NCBI GenBank assembly: GCA_001817065.1
Contig: MHHQ01000025.1
Location: 119,777 to 183,776 of the forward strand
Direction: 5' to 3'
Length of the DNA stretch: 64,000 bases
Source of the DNA: Candidatus Andersenbacteria bacterium RIFCSPHIGHO2_02_FULL_46_16
GTDB lineage: Bacteria; Patescibacteriota; Andersenbacteria; UBA10190
Shown: positions 8,511 through 18,014 of the stretch, piece by piece
How positions within the stretch are numbered: position 1 is the stretch's first letter
Layout: each line of letters starts with the position of its first letter
Position numbers and translations under genes: made by a program
The notes under the pieces: generated by a model
Database searches by the model: none
What the model was told of the DNA's origin: nothing
What the model saw: the letters and a program-made list of their open reading frames with translations, nothing else

Positions 8511-10973
8511 ATGATAGCACGCTTTAATTTTGCATATATAACAGGCTTACTACTTATCGTTGGCTCTGGGCTGGCTGCCCTGTTTCTTTTATTGTCGCCA
8601 TCTTTGCCTGAATGGGGTATTCGGCATACCCCGCACAATGAACCAAAATACCTCCCGCTGGTTCCCGAGCAAACTGTTGAACAAACTTTCCTTTTTGAAC
8701 AGCCCTTGCTCGACGGTGTGGCCATTTGGTTCCATCCCACTTCACCCTTGCCGGAAGAGGGGACTCTCAACTTAACCATTTTCACTAAATCTGGTAATTA
8801 CACGTCCAACTTACCAATCACTGATATGTCCCCAGATGGGCTGGCTATCTTCATCTTCTCTCCAGCCATCCCTGCTCGCATCGACCAACCAGGCACGATT
8901 CGTATATCCGCTACCAATACTTCATCGCGTCTTTTTTTGACCTATCAAATAGATGCGACAAAATATCCCGAAGGCCAGTTATATTATTCGCCCAACCCAA
9001 CTAAAGTCGGCGACCTGGCTTGGCAAATTCGCTACCAGCGCCCCGCCCTCAGCACTTCCCTAATTCAATGGTTATACATAATCATTCTAATATTGGCCGG
9101 GTTAGCATCTGCTCTCATTCTAATTTATATTTCCCGCTCCCCTCATACCACAGATAGTTCCGTTACACGAGAACCAAGTCATCTCGCCTCTAGCCACCTT
9201 TCCTCTCCCCACCAAACATCCCCTATCCCGCTAGCCTGGCGGAAATCGCTTGTGCCTTGCCTACTAACCTTCAGCGTCTTTCTTTTTTATTCTTTTCTGT
9301 TGATTCGACCCGGCACTTGGATTGGCCCCTCCGATTTTAGCAAGGAATTAAGTTATGTCACTGCCTCTGCCGAGGCTCTACGGTCCTTTTCTTGGCCTGT
9401 TTGGAGCCACTACACCTGCGGTGGCATGAGCCTCTTGGGTAATCCCGAGAGCACCACCCTCAGTCTTAGTACGTTATTAGCTCTCATCACTTCTCGCCCT
9501 GAGCTTTCCCTTTGGTTAACTTTAGCCTTGGAAGCCAGTATTGCTAGCCTCGGCACTTTTCTTTTAGCCCGTGCTCTTCGTCTTTCTACACCTGCCAGCC
9601 TGCTCTCTGCGGTGATCGTCTCCTTATCCGCTGTGCTCCCTTACAAAATTGTTGAGGGCATCGTTATGGTTGCCGGTCCCGTAGCATTCACGCCGTGGGT
9701 TTTATTGTCTTTGCACCAGTCCATCAAATCACCGTCTCCTGCCTGGCTTTTATTGGGCGGGATAACCTTATCTGCTATTTTTTGGCGCGGTGATGTCCAT
9801 ATTATTATCGGGGTGATAACTATAATGCTGTTGTGGTCAATCGCAAGCGCCTTGAGGCAGCGACTCCTCATGCCTCTACTTGTTCTGCTGACCATTCTGT
9901 TGATCACTTTCCTGGGTGCCAGCATTAAGGCACTGCCATATCTTGAGCAAATACCACTGATCAACGCCCAAGTGGATCCTCATAGCGCACAAATCACTCA
10001 GCAAAGATTATGGTCGGACATTTTTCTTCACGCTTATGACCGCTCGCACAAAATTCCAGTTCTCCACGGCTTACCAGAACATTTTGGTTACTTCGGCGCT
10101 TATGTAGGAATAATCCCCCTGTTTCTGGTCTTGCTGAGCTTATTTTCCCGCCACCCTTGGCGCCGTCTCGGCTGGTTGCTCCTTCTAATTTCTTTATTAC
10201 TCGCTGACGGTTTCTTATACGAGCATGTCCTTAGGTACCTCGGCCCTCTCTCTTCGCTGCTGCGTATGCCTAGCCGTTTACTGACTATCTCCGTTCTGGT
10301 CATCGCCTTACTTGCTGGATTAGGATTCGACCGACTACTTCAGGCTACTAGTCATCGTCAAAATGTTGCGCGAGCACGTTTTACCTGGCTGCTGATCTGC
10401 CTTATTTTCCTTGTTTTTCCTGCCTATGATTTATCTCGCGTCACTTCATCAATCCTACAACAATACTTATCACAGCGAAGTTTTACCGTCTTGCCTCCTC
10501 CCACTACTCCCACCCTCGTGGCACATTTAAATAGTTCCCCCGGCAACCAAAAACACGCCTCCACTTTGCTGCAAGCAGGTTTTCTGCTGCCTCACCTCTG
10601 TGGCGATCAAAATAATCCACCAGAATTTTTGTCCAAAATTACTGATTCGGCCACGCTCACTGATTATCCGACCATTATATCTCCCAACAAAATTACTATC
10701 TATCAACCGCCCACCCACGCTAACGTCAACATACGCTCGCGCTTTGTTTCCTCCTGGCAACCCAGCGCCGGCACACTCATTGCAGCTCCCGACCAGTCGA
10801 TACAGCTAATTACTCCCGCTAACAGCCTTCCCTCAATTCAATTACAATATCAATCAGCGACTATCCGTTCCCAGCAAATATTGCTAATTACATTTTGTGC
10901 CCTCGCCATTCTTATGATTAGTCACTTTATCTACTTAATATTCCCCATCTTTTTTAACTGGCGCCATGCTTAA
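8511..10973 (+). CDS. YfhO-like / GT-C membrane protein with N-terminal extracytoplasmic domain
   Basis: 820 aa; WPVWSHYTCGGMSLLGNPE resembles the YfhO W-P---G-P--A motif; many TM helices; LRMPSR motif. Confidence 0.65.
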   Translation: MIARFNFAYITGLLLIVGSGLAALFLLLSPSLPEWGIRHTPHNEPKYLPLVPEQTVEQTFLFEQPLLDGVAIWFHPTSPLPEEGTLNLTIFTKSGNYTSNLPITDMSPDGLAIFIFSPAIPARIDQPGTIRISATNTSSRLFLTYQIDATKYPEGQLYYSPNPTKVGDLAWQIRYQRPALSTSLIQWLYIIILILAGLASALILIYISRSPHTTDSSVTREPSHLASSHLSSPHQTSPIPLAWRKSLVPCLLTFSVFLFYSFLLIRPGTWIGPSDFSKELSYVTASAEALRSFSWPVWSHYTCGGMSLLGNPESTTLSLSTLLALITSRPELSLWLTLALEASIASLGTFLLARALRLSTPASLLSAVIVSLSAVLPYKIVEGIVMVAGPVAFTPWVLLSLHQSIKSPSPAWLLLGGITLSAIFWRGDVHIIIGVITIMLLWSIASALRQRLLMPLLVLLTILLITFLGASIKALPYLEQIPLINAQVDPHSAQITQQRLWSDIFLHAYDRSHKIPVLHGLPEHFGYFGAYVGIIPLFLVLLSLFSRHPWRRLGWLLLLISLLLADGFLYEHVLRYLGPLSSLLRMPSRLLTISVLVIALLAGLGFDRLLQATSHRQNVARARFTWLLICLIFLVFPAYDLSRVTSSILQQYLSQRSFTVLPPPTTPTLVAHLNSSPGNQKHASTLLQAGFLLPHLCGDQNNPPEFLSKITDSATLTDYPTIISPNKITIYQPPTHANVNIRSRFVSSWQPSAGTLIAAPDQSIQLITPANSLPSIQLQYQSATIRSQQILLITFCALAILMISHFIYLIFPIFFNWRHA

Positions 10974-13740
10974 AAAGTTACCTCGCTCCGATCAATTCGC
11001 TATATTGTCACTCCTTACCGCTTGGTTAGCTTTCTTCAGCCGCACCCTCTCCGCCCAACTGGTCTACCTCTTAGATGACTTAAAAATTATTTATTACCCC
11101 CTGGAATCAATTTATGCTTCTTTTCAACACGCGAACCAGCTTCCGCTCTGGAGTCGTTTTTTTGGTTTCGGCCAGCCGCTGTTAGCCTGGGGGCAGCTGG
11201 GATTTTTTAACCCCCTCCATCTACTGTTGCGTGCTTTTCATGTCCCACCAATCACGCTCCTACAAATCTCCATCCTCGCTTATTTCGCTTTAGGTTGTGC
11301 TGGCATGTATATTTTTCTACGTCAACAAAAGCTTTCTGCTGCCTCCGCCAGCCTGGGCGCATTTGTGTTCACGTACGCCGGTTTTCATGTCGGCCACCTA
11401 AACCACGTCAATTTCTATACCGCTACAATGCTACTGCCATGGCTGCTCCTTTCCTTACATTCTCACATAACGCGACCTGGGATCCGCCACACCTTACTTA
11501 CTACCCTTGTTGCGGCTACCATCGCCCTCAGCGGCCAACCCCAAGTTGTTCTCTATACTTTTCTGCTTGCTGCTATTTGGTTTGTAATATTAATCCTAAA
11601 ATCAAAACACCCGATCCGCGCATTTCTCTTCACTATATTATTAGGACTGTTATCGTTAGCCTTAGCTGCACCAGCCGTCCTCCCACTTGCTGAATTTTTA
11701 CCTATTACCGAACGCGCTTATGGCATCAGTCGCGCAGAAATTCTTGAGTTTAGCTATCCGCCCACTCACGCTATCACCTTACTTTTTCCCTATTTCTATG
11801 GTGATCACAGCTATTACTGGGGCGCGAAGAATTTTCAGGAACTCGCTGCTTATACCGGCATCATTCCTTTACTTCTGATCGGAGCTGCCTTTTTCTCTCG
11901 GCACCGCGCTTTACAGTTATTTGGCATATCCGCCTTGATTGTTGGCATATTGTTTGCCTTAGGCCAATATTCTCCGCTGTATCTATGGCTGGTTAATTCT
12001 GGTGTCATTAAATCTTTATCCATCCCTGGTCGATTTACCCTCTTTTTCGTCGTTGGTGTGGCTATTCTAGCACCCCTGGGTTTAGACACCTTGCGCCATA
12101 TTATAGGCTGGAAAAAAATTATCACGCTTCTAGTGAGCCTTTCCGTAGTTAGTCTGCTCTTTACGCCATTTGTTGCTCTGCTTTATAGTAACCAGAATAT
12201 TTATCGGCATTTCTTATCATTGTGGAATTTCTCCCAGCCTGAGCCGCTTCTCATTATCATTGGTTTTTTCCTCTTTCTACTTGTTTTCTTTTTGCCACTT
12301 CGCCGACATAAACTCAATTTGCTGCCATGGATACTTTCTTTCTTCGTTGCTCTCACTCTTATTATTTATGGCTGGGCATACAATCCGCTCACGAGTACTT
12401 CTATCGCTTACCAGCCATCACCGTTTAATGACGCGCTGCAATCTTTTTTCCGTGAACATAATTCCCCGCCCCGTATTTACCACGTTGACCACCCCTCTAT
12501 TTCCGCTCGCCGCCACACGGAATCTATCGCCCCCTTATTCACTGTTATTCAGCCAATTATTGCCCCTAGTTCCTCCTTATCGTGCTTCACCGTCCCCTAT
12601 CAGCTCAGCAATAATTTTATAGCCGGTTCATTGGTGGAGGCCTCGTTAACTAGAGTACCCGACCCAACTCCTTTGTCCTCCGTAACCATTGACCCCAGCA
12701 CCCTGAACGGCACTCAGTTTACCCTTTGTTTTAAACCAATCGATACCAAACCAGGTGAAAATTTTTTGCTACAGTTTACTAGCGCCGAAGATAGCGGTTT
12801 CCATTTAATTTACCAGCCATCCAGCTTTACTGATCAGCAAGCCTTCGTAATTCGTGTCCCCAATCCCACGGCCGCTCAGCTCGCCCAATCCAAAAAACCC
12901 ATCAGCATTTTAGCCTCCCCCTCCAACAACCAATCGGCTGACTTGTCAGCCTTGCGACTTGACCGCCACATCAATGCTACTACTTCTGCCAGTTCGGCTA
13001 ACTGGATTGGCGCCTTGTCTATAAAAGCTTACCGTAGTTTTGTTACCTCTTTGCTGGATGACGACATTGATCCAGTTCACTATGACAGTCAGTCGATCAT
13101 TACTGATCGGCGGCAATTCATCAATTTAGCCGGCGTTACCCATGTAGTTGAGCAAGCCATCACTGACACAGACTACAGCTATCTCAGCTCCTACGCTTTC
13201 CGTCTCGTTTCTACTTCCACGATAGACAACACTGTTCTTCGCCTCCATCAAAACTCAGCTGCTTTTCCAAAAGCCTGGCTGGTCAAACAAGCTGTCTTCT
13301 CGCCCGTCGACGACGAAACAATCAGTGCCATGCGCCGGCCTGATTTTTCGCCTTTGGAGCTAGTCTATATTTATGGACCCACCCCCCCTCAAACAATGGC
13401 TGCTGCAAATCCTGCACCGCTCGATAGTCAAATTTCTATCACTCGCTATGAAGATACCATCATTGACCTAAAGGTAACCACCAACCAATCAGCTTGGCTA
13501 GTGTTCAATGACTCTACTACGCCTGCCTGGCATACCTACATTGACGATCAACCTGTACCTCATTACACTGCCTTTTCTCTGTTTAAAGCCGCTCAAGTGC
13601 CAGCCGGCCAACATACCGTATCTTTCCGCTACGAATCAGACGCCACAAATATGTCCGTCAACCTGGCTGCCGCATCTTTGCTCATTATCATCGTTCTCTT
13701 TGCCTTATCCGGTACCGATACTTTCGGAAAAAATAATTAA
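10966..13740 (+). CDS. YfhO family GT-C glycosyltransferase
   Basis: LPLWSRFFGFGQPLLA, GQPQ, YTGIIPLLL, C-terminal W-TYIDD...VPAGQHTVSFRY typical of YfhO. Confidence 0.85.
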   Translation: MLKKLPRSDQFAILSLLTAWLAFFSRTLSAQLVYLLDDLKIIYYPLESIYASFQHANQLPLWSRFFGFGQPLLAWGQLGFFNPLHLLLRAFHVPPITLLQISILAYFALGCAGMYIFLRQQKLSAASASLGAFVFTYAGFHVGHLNHVNFYTATMLLPWLLLSLHSHITRPGIRHTLLTTLVAATIALSGQPQVVLYTFLLAAIWFVILILKSKHPIRAFLFTILLGLLSLALAAPAVLPLAEFLPITERAYGISRAEILEFSYPPTHAITLLFPYFYGDHSYYWGAKNFQELAAYTGIIPLLLIGAAFFSRHRALQLFGISALIVGILFALGQYSPLYLWLVNSGVIKSLSIPGRFTLFFVVGVAILAPLGLDTLRHIIGWKKIITLLVSLSVVSLLFTPFVALLYSNQNIYRHFLSLWNFSQPEPLLIIIGFFLFLLVFFLPLRRHKLNLLPWILSFFVALTLIIYGWAYNPLTSTSIAYQPSPFNDALQSFFREHNSPPRIYHVDHPSISARRHTESIAPLFTVIQPIIAPSSSLSCFTVPYQLSNNFIAGSLVEASLTRVPDPTPLSSVTIDPSTLNGTQFTLCFKPIDTKPGENFLLQFTSAEDSGFHLIYQPSSFTDQQAFVIRVPNPTAAQLAQSKKPISILASPSNNQSADLSALRLDRHINATTSASSANWIGALSIKAYRSFVTSLLDDDIDPVHYDSQSIITDRRQFINLAGVTHVVEQAITDTDYSYLSSYAFRLVSTSTIDNTVLRLHQNSAAFPKAWLVKQAVFSPVDDETISAMRRPDFSPLELVYIYGPTPPQTMAAANPAPLDSQISITRYEDTIIDLKVTTNQSAWLVFNDSTTPAWHTYIDDQPVPHYTAFSLFKAAQVPAGQHTVSFRYESDATNMSVNLAAASLLIIIVLFALSGTDTFGKNN

Positions 13741-13747
13741 TGTTTGC

Positions 13748-15700
13748 TTACCGGTTCTTGCCTTGCGCTGCCTTATCGCGCTGCAATTTCAGTAGATTAT
13801 TGCGCGCCACCGTTAACTTTGGATCAACTATCAGTGCCTGATTGAATGCTGTCTCGGCTTTATCATAACGTCCTTCCATAGCTTGCAGCGCACCCAGACG
13901 ATTAAACCAAGACGCTTCTGACTGATCAATCTCAACCGCTTTTTCTAACGCTTCTATAGCCTCCACATTTTTCGCTTGTCCCAGCAAGGCATCCCCTAAA
14001 CTAGCCCATGCACTAGCATTATTACTTTGCGCATCCAATACCTGCCGATACATCTCTTCCGCTTCCTGATATTCCTTTCTCACTAAATAGACATTGCCTA
14101 AATTTACATAACTACTCATAAGCTCTGGCTTGATTTCAATCGCTTCTTTTAAGATTTTCAGTGCTTCACCAGTGCGATTCGCTTTACCTAACAAAGCGCC
14201 CAGATTAACCTTCACCTCAATATTGTCTGGACTACTATCTAGTGCTTGCCTGTAAACCTTTTCTGCTTCCTCTCTCCGACCTAGTTCTTCCCAAGCCAAT
14301 CCTAAATTATTTAATGGTCTCGCTTTTTGCGGCGACTTAACTGCCGCATCGGACCATAAAGTTAACGCACTCACCCATACTCTGTTGCGTGCATATGATA
14401 ATCCGCTTAATACTATGATCATTAATATTATTGCCATCCCTAACCGTCGTAGCCATTCCCCAGTAAGTTCTCCTTGTTTATTAGCCTTTGCTATACACCA
14501 GGCCAATCCCTCTACTGCCATCAGTGCCACTCCTACCATCGGTAAATAAAGTCTGTGCTCAAAAATATTATCTTTAATCGGTATTACACTTGATTCCACT
14601 GACAAGGCTATAAAAAACAAAGCTATACCCGCTGCTCCCATTACTCTCCGATGCAACTTTAACCACACGCCAGCCCCGACCACACCCAAGATCAATACCA
14701 ATGAGCTTAAAGCCCTGATATCAAACCAGCGGTCTTGCCATGGAATATCGTGGTCAATATTCAATTCTACCGGCCACACAATCAAACGCATATATCTTGT
14801 TATGACACTCCACTGGGTAACAAAATACGTCCACCTTGCAATGTCTGGCGTTTCCGCAGATACGTTGCTGATTCTCGCCAAACTAATTTTATCTAAAACA
14901 TTTTCGCTATAGGCATAAGGTGGTACCTCAAGATCATGAATGAAGACACCCCTAACTTCCAACAAGTAAGCCGGAATTATCAAAATTGTGATTAACCACG
15001 GTAACAATTTCCACCATCGTCGTCTTAACACCCGCCAGCTTGTACTGAAGAAAAGGTATTCTACTAATATGATTGCGATCGGTAACGTGATCGCAATCTC
15101 TTTTGTATGCATGGCTAACACGGTGCTAATTAATGACATCATCGCCCATCCTGTCGCCCTGCGTCTATTCTGGCTCTCCCGATAAAACCACCACGCCAAA
15201 ATTGCTGCTACATAAAACATGGTGGTCATTAACACCATCCTCTGCACTATATAATTCACACTCTGCGTCTGAATGGGATGCGCTAAAAAAAATAATCCGC
15301 CCGTGATCGCCAGCACCCAATGGTTATCCATAACCAACGACTGATTACGCCAAATCATCTGCGGATAAGTTCGTCGCGCTACCAAATAAATCAAAATAGC
15401 TAATAATGCGCTTGTTATTATATGAATTACTATATTCACCGCATGATATCCTTCCACCCTCAACCCCCCCCAGCCGTAATTCAGATCGAGCGTAAAGTAA
15501 GCTATAGCACGAGTACCAAGAAAGGCAGGTAATGACCACTTGATGGCATGTCTAGCCTCATTTTGCACTATCGAGTGTATATCATCCAGCACAAAAGGCG
15601 CATGCCAGGTATTGCTATAAACAACCACACCCAAACACATAATCATCAACAATCCAACTAATATTTCTTTCACCCCTAGCCTGCCTACAAATGTGAACAT
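13748..15700 (-). CDS. TMTC-like protein O-mannosyltransferase (GT-C plus TPR)
   Basis: YSNT-HAPFVLDD, HPIQTQSVNYIVQR, KE-AITLP, LNIDHD, FEHRLYLP, RN-VW, LW-DA--KSP-K-RP-NNLG, TPR repeats; probable start MFTF at 15700. Confidence 0.88.
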   Translation of the reverse strand: MFTFVGRLGVKEILVGLLMIMCLGVVVYSNTWHAPFVLDDIHSIVQNEARHAIKWSLPAFLGTRAIAYFTLDLNYGWGGLRVEGYHAVNIVIHIITSALLAILIYLVARRTYPQMIWRNQSLVMDNHWVLAITGGLFFLAHPIQTQSVNYIVQRMVLMTTMFYVAAILAWWFYRESQNRRRATGWAMMSLISTVLAMHTKEIAITLPIAIILVEYLFFSTSWRVLRRRWWKLLPWLITILIIPAYLLEVRGVFIHDLEVPPYAYSENVLDKISLARISNVSAETPDIARWTYFVTQWSVITRYMRLIVWPVELNIDHDIPWQDRWFDIRALSSLVLILGVVGAGVWLKLHRRVMGAAGIALFFIALSVESSVIPIKDNIFEHRLYLPMVGVALMAVEGLAWCIAKANKQGELTGEWLRRLGMAIILMIIVLSGLSYARNRVWVSALTLWSDAAVKSPQKARPLNNLGLAWEELGRREEAEKVYRQALDSSPDNIEVKVNLGALLGKANRTGEALKILKEAIEIKPELMSSYVNLGNVYLVRKEYQEAEEMYRQVLDAQSNNASAWASLGDALLGQAKNVEAIEALEKAVEIDQSEASWFNRLGALQAMEGRYDKAETAFNQALIVDPKLTVARNNLLKLQRDKAAQGKNR

Positions 15701-15704
15701 ATAC

Positions 15705-17876
15705 CTACCTTCCTGCTGGTTGATCAGTGTACTTTTTTGCCTCAGTATTATCCGGATCAATTTTTAGTATGGCCCGCCAGACTTCCTGCGCTTTCTGAGG
15801 ATTCTCTAATCCAATAAATATTTTAGCCAGATTATTCATTACGACCGTATCATTCGGCGTCATTTGCAAGTAAGTTGCGTACGCCTTGGCCGCACCATTA
15901 TATTCCCCCTCATCCGCTAATACATTACCCAAATTACTATAGGCACTAGCTAACCCAGGATTCAAATGAATCGCTATCTCTAACTCCGCTTTCGCTTCCT
16001 TTGTGCGATGTAATGCCCCTAATGCGGCCCCTAATTTACTGTGCCATAACGACTGATCCGGAACCATTTTAACGGCTCGCTGATAAGCACTCACCGCCTC
16101 CTCGAATTTTCCTTGCTTCACTAACACATCCCCCAAATTTCGGTATACTCCGGCATCTTTCGTATTTAGCGCAATAGATTTCTCATAAGCTTCTTCTGCC
16201 TCAACAAGTTTTCCCTGCAGCATTAGAACGTTGCCCAAATTATTATAGGCTGCATCATGATTAGGATTCTTGGCCAAAGCCTGTTGTATCTCCTTAATTG
16301 CCTCCTCATACTTGCCTTGCACTCCATATATCGAACCAAGGTTATTGTGCCCCGATACACTATTCGGGTCTATCTCCAGCTCTCTTTTATACAACTCCTC
16401 GGCTCGATCAAACATCTGCCTATCCAGGTAGGCTTTTGCTAAATTATTGTGTGGCCTTGCCTTGTTCGGCGATTTTTGTGTGGCGTCGGTCCATAAACTT
16501 ATCTCGTCTTTCCATGTTAAATTCCTGGCATAACTCACCCCAGCTAAGCTAAAAATTAATATTAAAACGATCCCCACAACCACCGCGTCTGCCCATACTC
16601 TCCGTTTTACGATAGAACCCGCTTTCTCCATCATTAGCTGTGCCATATCTCCAACAAATAATGCAGCGCCCACCATCGGTAAGTAAAGCCTGTGCTCAAA
16701 CATCACGTCCACAATCGGAATGAAACTTGATTCCGGCAGCAAGGCCACGTAAAAAAATAATATGCCCAACGCCGCAATCTTTCGTCCTTTCTTCCAGAAG
16801 ATCAACGCTGCGAGCATCATCACCACATGCAGGACAAGCGATTCGATTGTCGCCTTGTCCCCGATCCTTACGGTTAAAGGATAATCATGGTCAATGTTTT
16901 GACCCTCAGGCCATACCACCAACCGCAGATAAGTTCTCACCACGTTAATTTGTGTCAAAAAATAAGTTTTTCTGGATATTTGCGTCGTCTCTGCCGAAAC
17001 ACTGGCTATTTTTTTGATATTAACTTTATCCAAAAAGGTGTCACCCGCCATAGAGCTTGGCTCACTCTCCAAGTGCCAGAACAAATCCCGCACCTCTAAT
17101 GAATATGCCGGTATAATCAAAATCATTATCAGCCATGGCGTTACCAGCGGTATTCGCCTGACCAAGCTTCGCCAATCTAAGTTCAATCTCCACCACTTTT
17201 TATTCTTTCCACTCGGGGTAAAAAACAGCATTTCAATCATTAAAATGATAATTGGTAATGTTATCGCTGTCTCCTTACTATGCATAGCTGCAATAGTTGC
17301 TGCCAACGATAATCCTGCCCAAATTTTTTGACTGCGCGCATCTAAGCTTAGCCTATATTTCACATACGCGCACAATGCTAGTATATAGAACATTGCTGCC
17401 ATAGAGGCTAAGCGCTGCACGATATACGTAACTGCTTGCGTTTGTATCGGATGAACTGCAAAAAACAGCCCCGCCAGCTCGGCTAAAAATAAGTGGTTGC
17501 TAATTTGTACCTGTCCCAGCGTGATTATTCTTGTCTTATAAACCCTTACCGACAACCAATAAGCCAACCAAAATACACCAATTGAACTTATAATATGAAT
17601 GCCTATATTTACCGCGCGGTAGCCACTAACATTTAATCCGTTAAAATAATAATTTAGATCGAAGGAGAATATGGGAAGCGACCTGTTACCAAACAACCTC
17701 TCTGCTGTAAAATATAATGTGCGACGCGCCTCCTCTTCTACAATCGTGTGTATGTCATCCAATACAAATGGCGCCCGCCAAGTATTGCTATAAACAATCA
17801 ACACTCCCAATACTATTAGCAATATGGGCAGCCACATTCTGGCCCAGCGTATTCTAATCTCACTTCCCTCAGTCAT
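15705..17876 (-). CDS. TMTC-like protein O-mannosyltransferase (GT-C plus TPR), tandem paralog
   Basis: Same motifs as downstream paralog (APFVLDD, HPIQTQAVTYIVQR, FEHRLYLP), longer TPR array. Confidence 0.88.
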   Translation of the reverse strand: MTEGSEIRIRWARMWLPILLIVLGVLIVYSNTWRAPFVLDDIHTIVEEEARRTLYFTAERLFGNRSLPIFSFDLNYYFNGLNVSGYRAVNIGIHIISSIGVFWLAYWLSVRVYKTRIITLGQVQISNHLFLAELAGLFFAVHPIQTQAVTYIVQRLASMAAMFYILALCAYVKYRLSLDARSQKIWAGLSLAATIAAMHSKETAITLPIIILMIEMLFFTPSGKNKKWWRLNLDWRSLVRRIPLVTPWLIMILIIPAYSLEVRDLFWHLESEPSSMAGDTFLDKVNIKKIASVSAETTQISRKTYFLTQINVVRTYLRLVVWPEGQNIDHDYPLTVRIGDKATIESLVLHVVMMLAALIFWKKGRKIAALGILFFYVALLPESSFIPIVDVMFEHRLYLPMVGAALFVGDMAQLMMEKAGSIVKRRVWADAVVVGIVLILIFSLAGVSYARNLTWKDEISLWTDATQKSPNKARPHNNLAKAYLDRQMFDRAEELYKRELEIDPNSVSGHNNLGSIYGVQGKYEEAIKEIQQALAKNPNHDAAYNNLGNVLMLQGKLVEAEEAYEKSIALNTKDAGVYRNLGDVLVKQGKFEEAVSAYQRAVKMVPDQSLWHSKLGAALGALHRTKEAKAELEIAIHLNPGLASAYSNLGNVLADEGEYNGAAKAYATYLQMTPNDTVVMNNLAKIFIGLENPQKAQEVWRAILKIDPDNTEAKKYTDQPAGR

Positions 17877-18014
17877 ATTATGTTAGTATACGCTATCTCC
17901 CTTTCGCACCAACGGCCTAACTATAAAATGCTTGCCCTATCTTACTCAACACCACTCATCCCCATTAACAACACCGTTGAGATACGCCAACAGCAATCTC
18001 ATTCGAAATGCTAT

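Noticed and set aside
13748-17876. Similarity between the TPR genes as a DGR template/variable repeat
   Set aside because: Similarity spans whole paralogous genes, is not adenine-specific, and no reverse transcriptase is present
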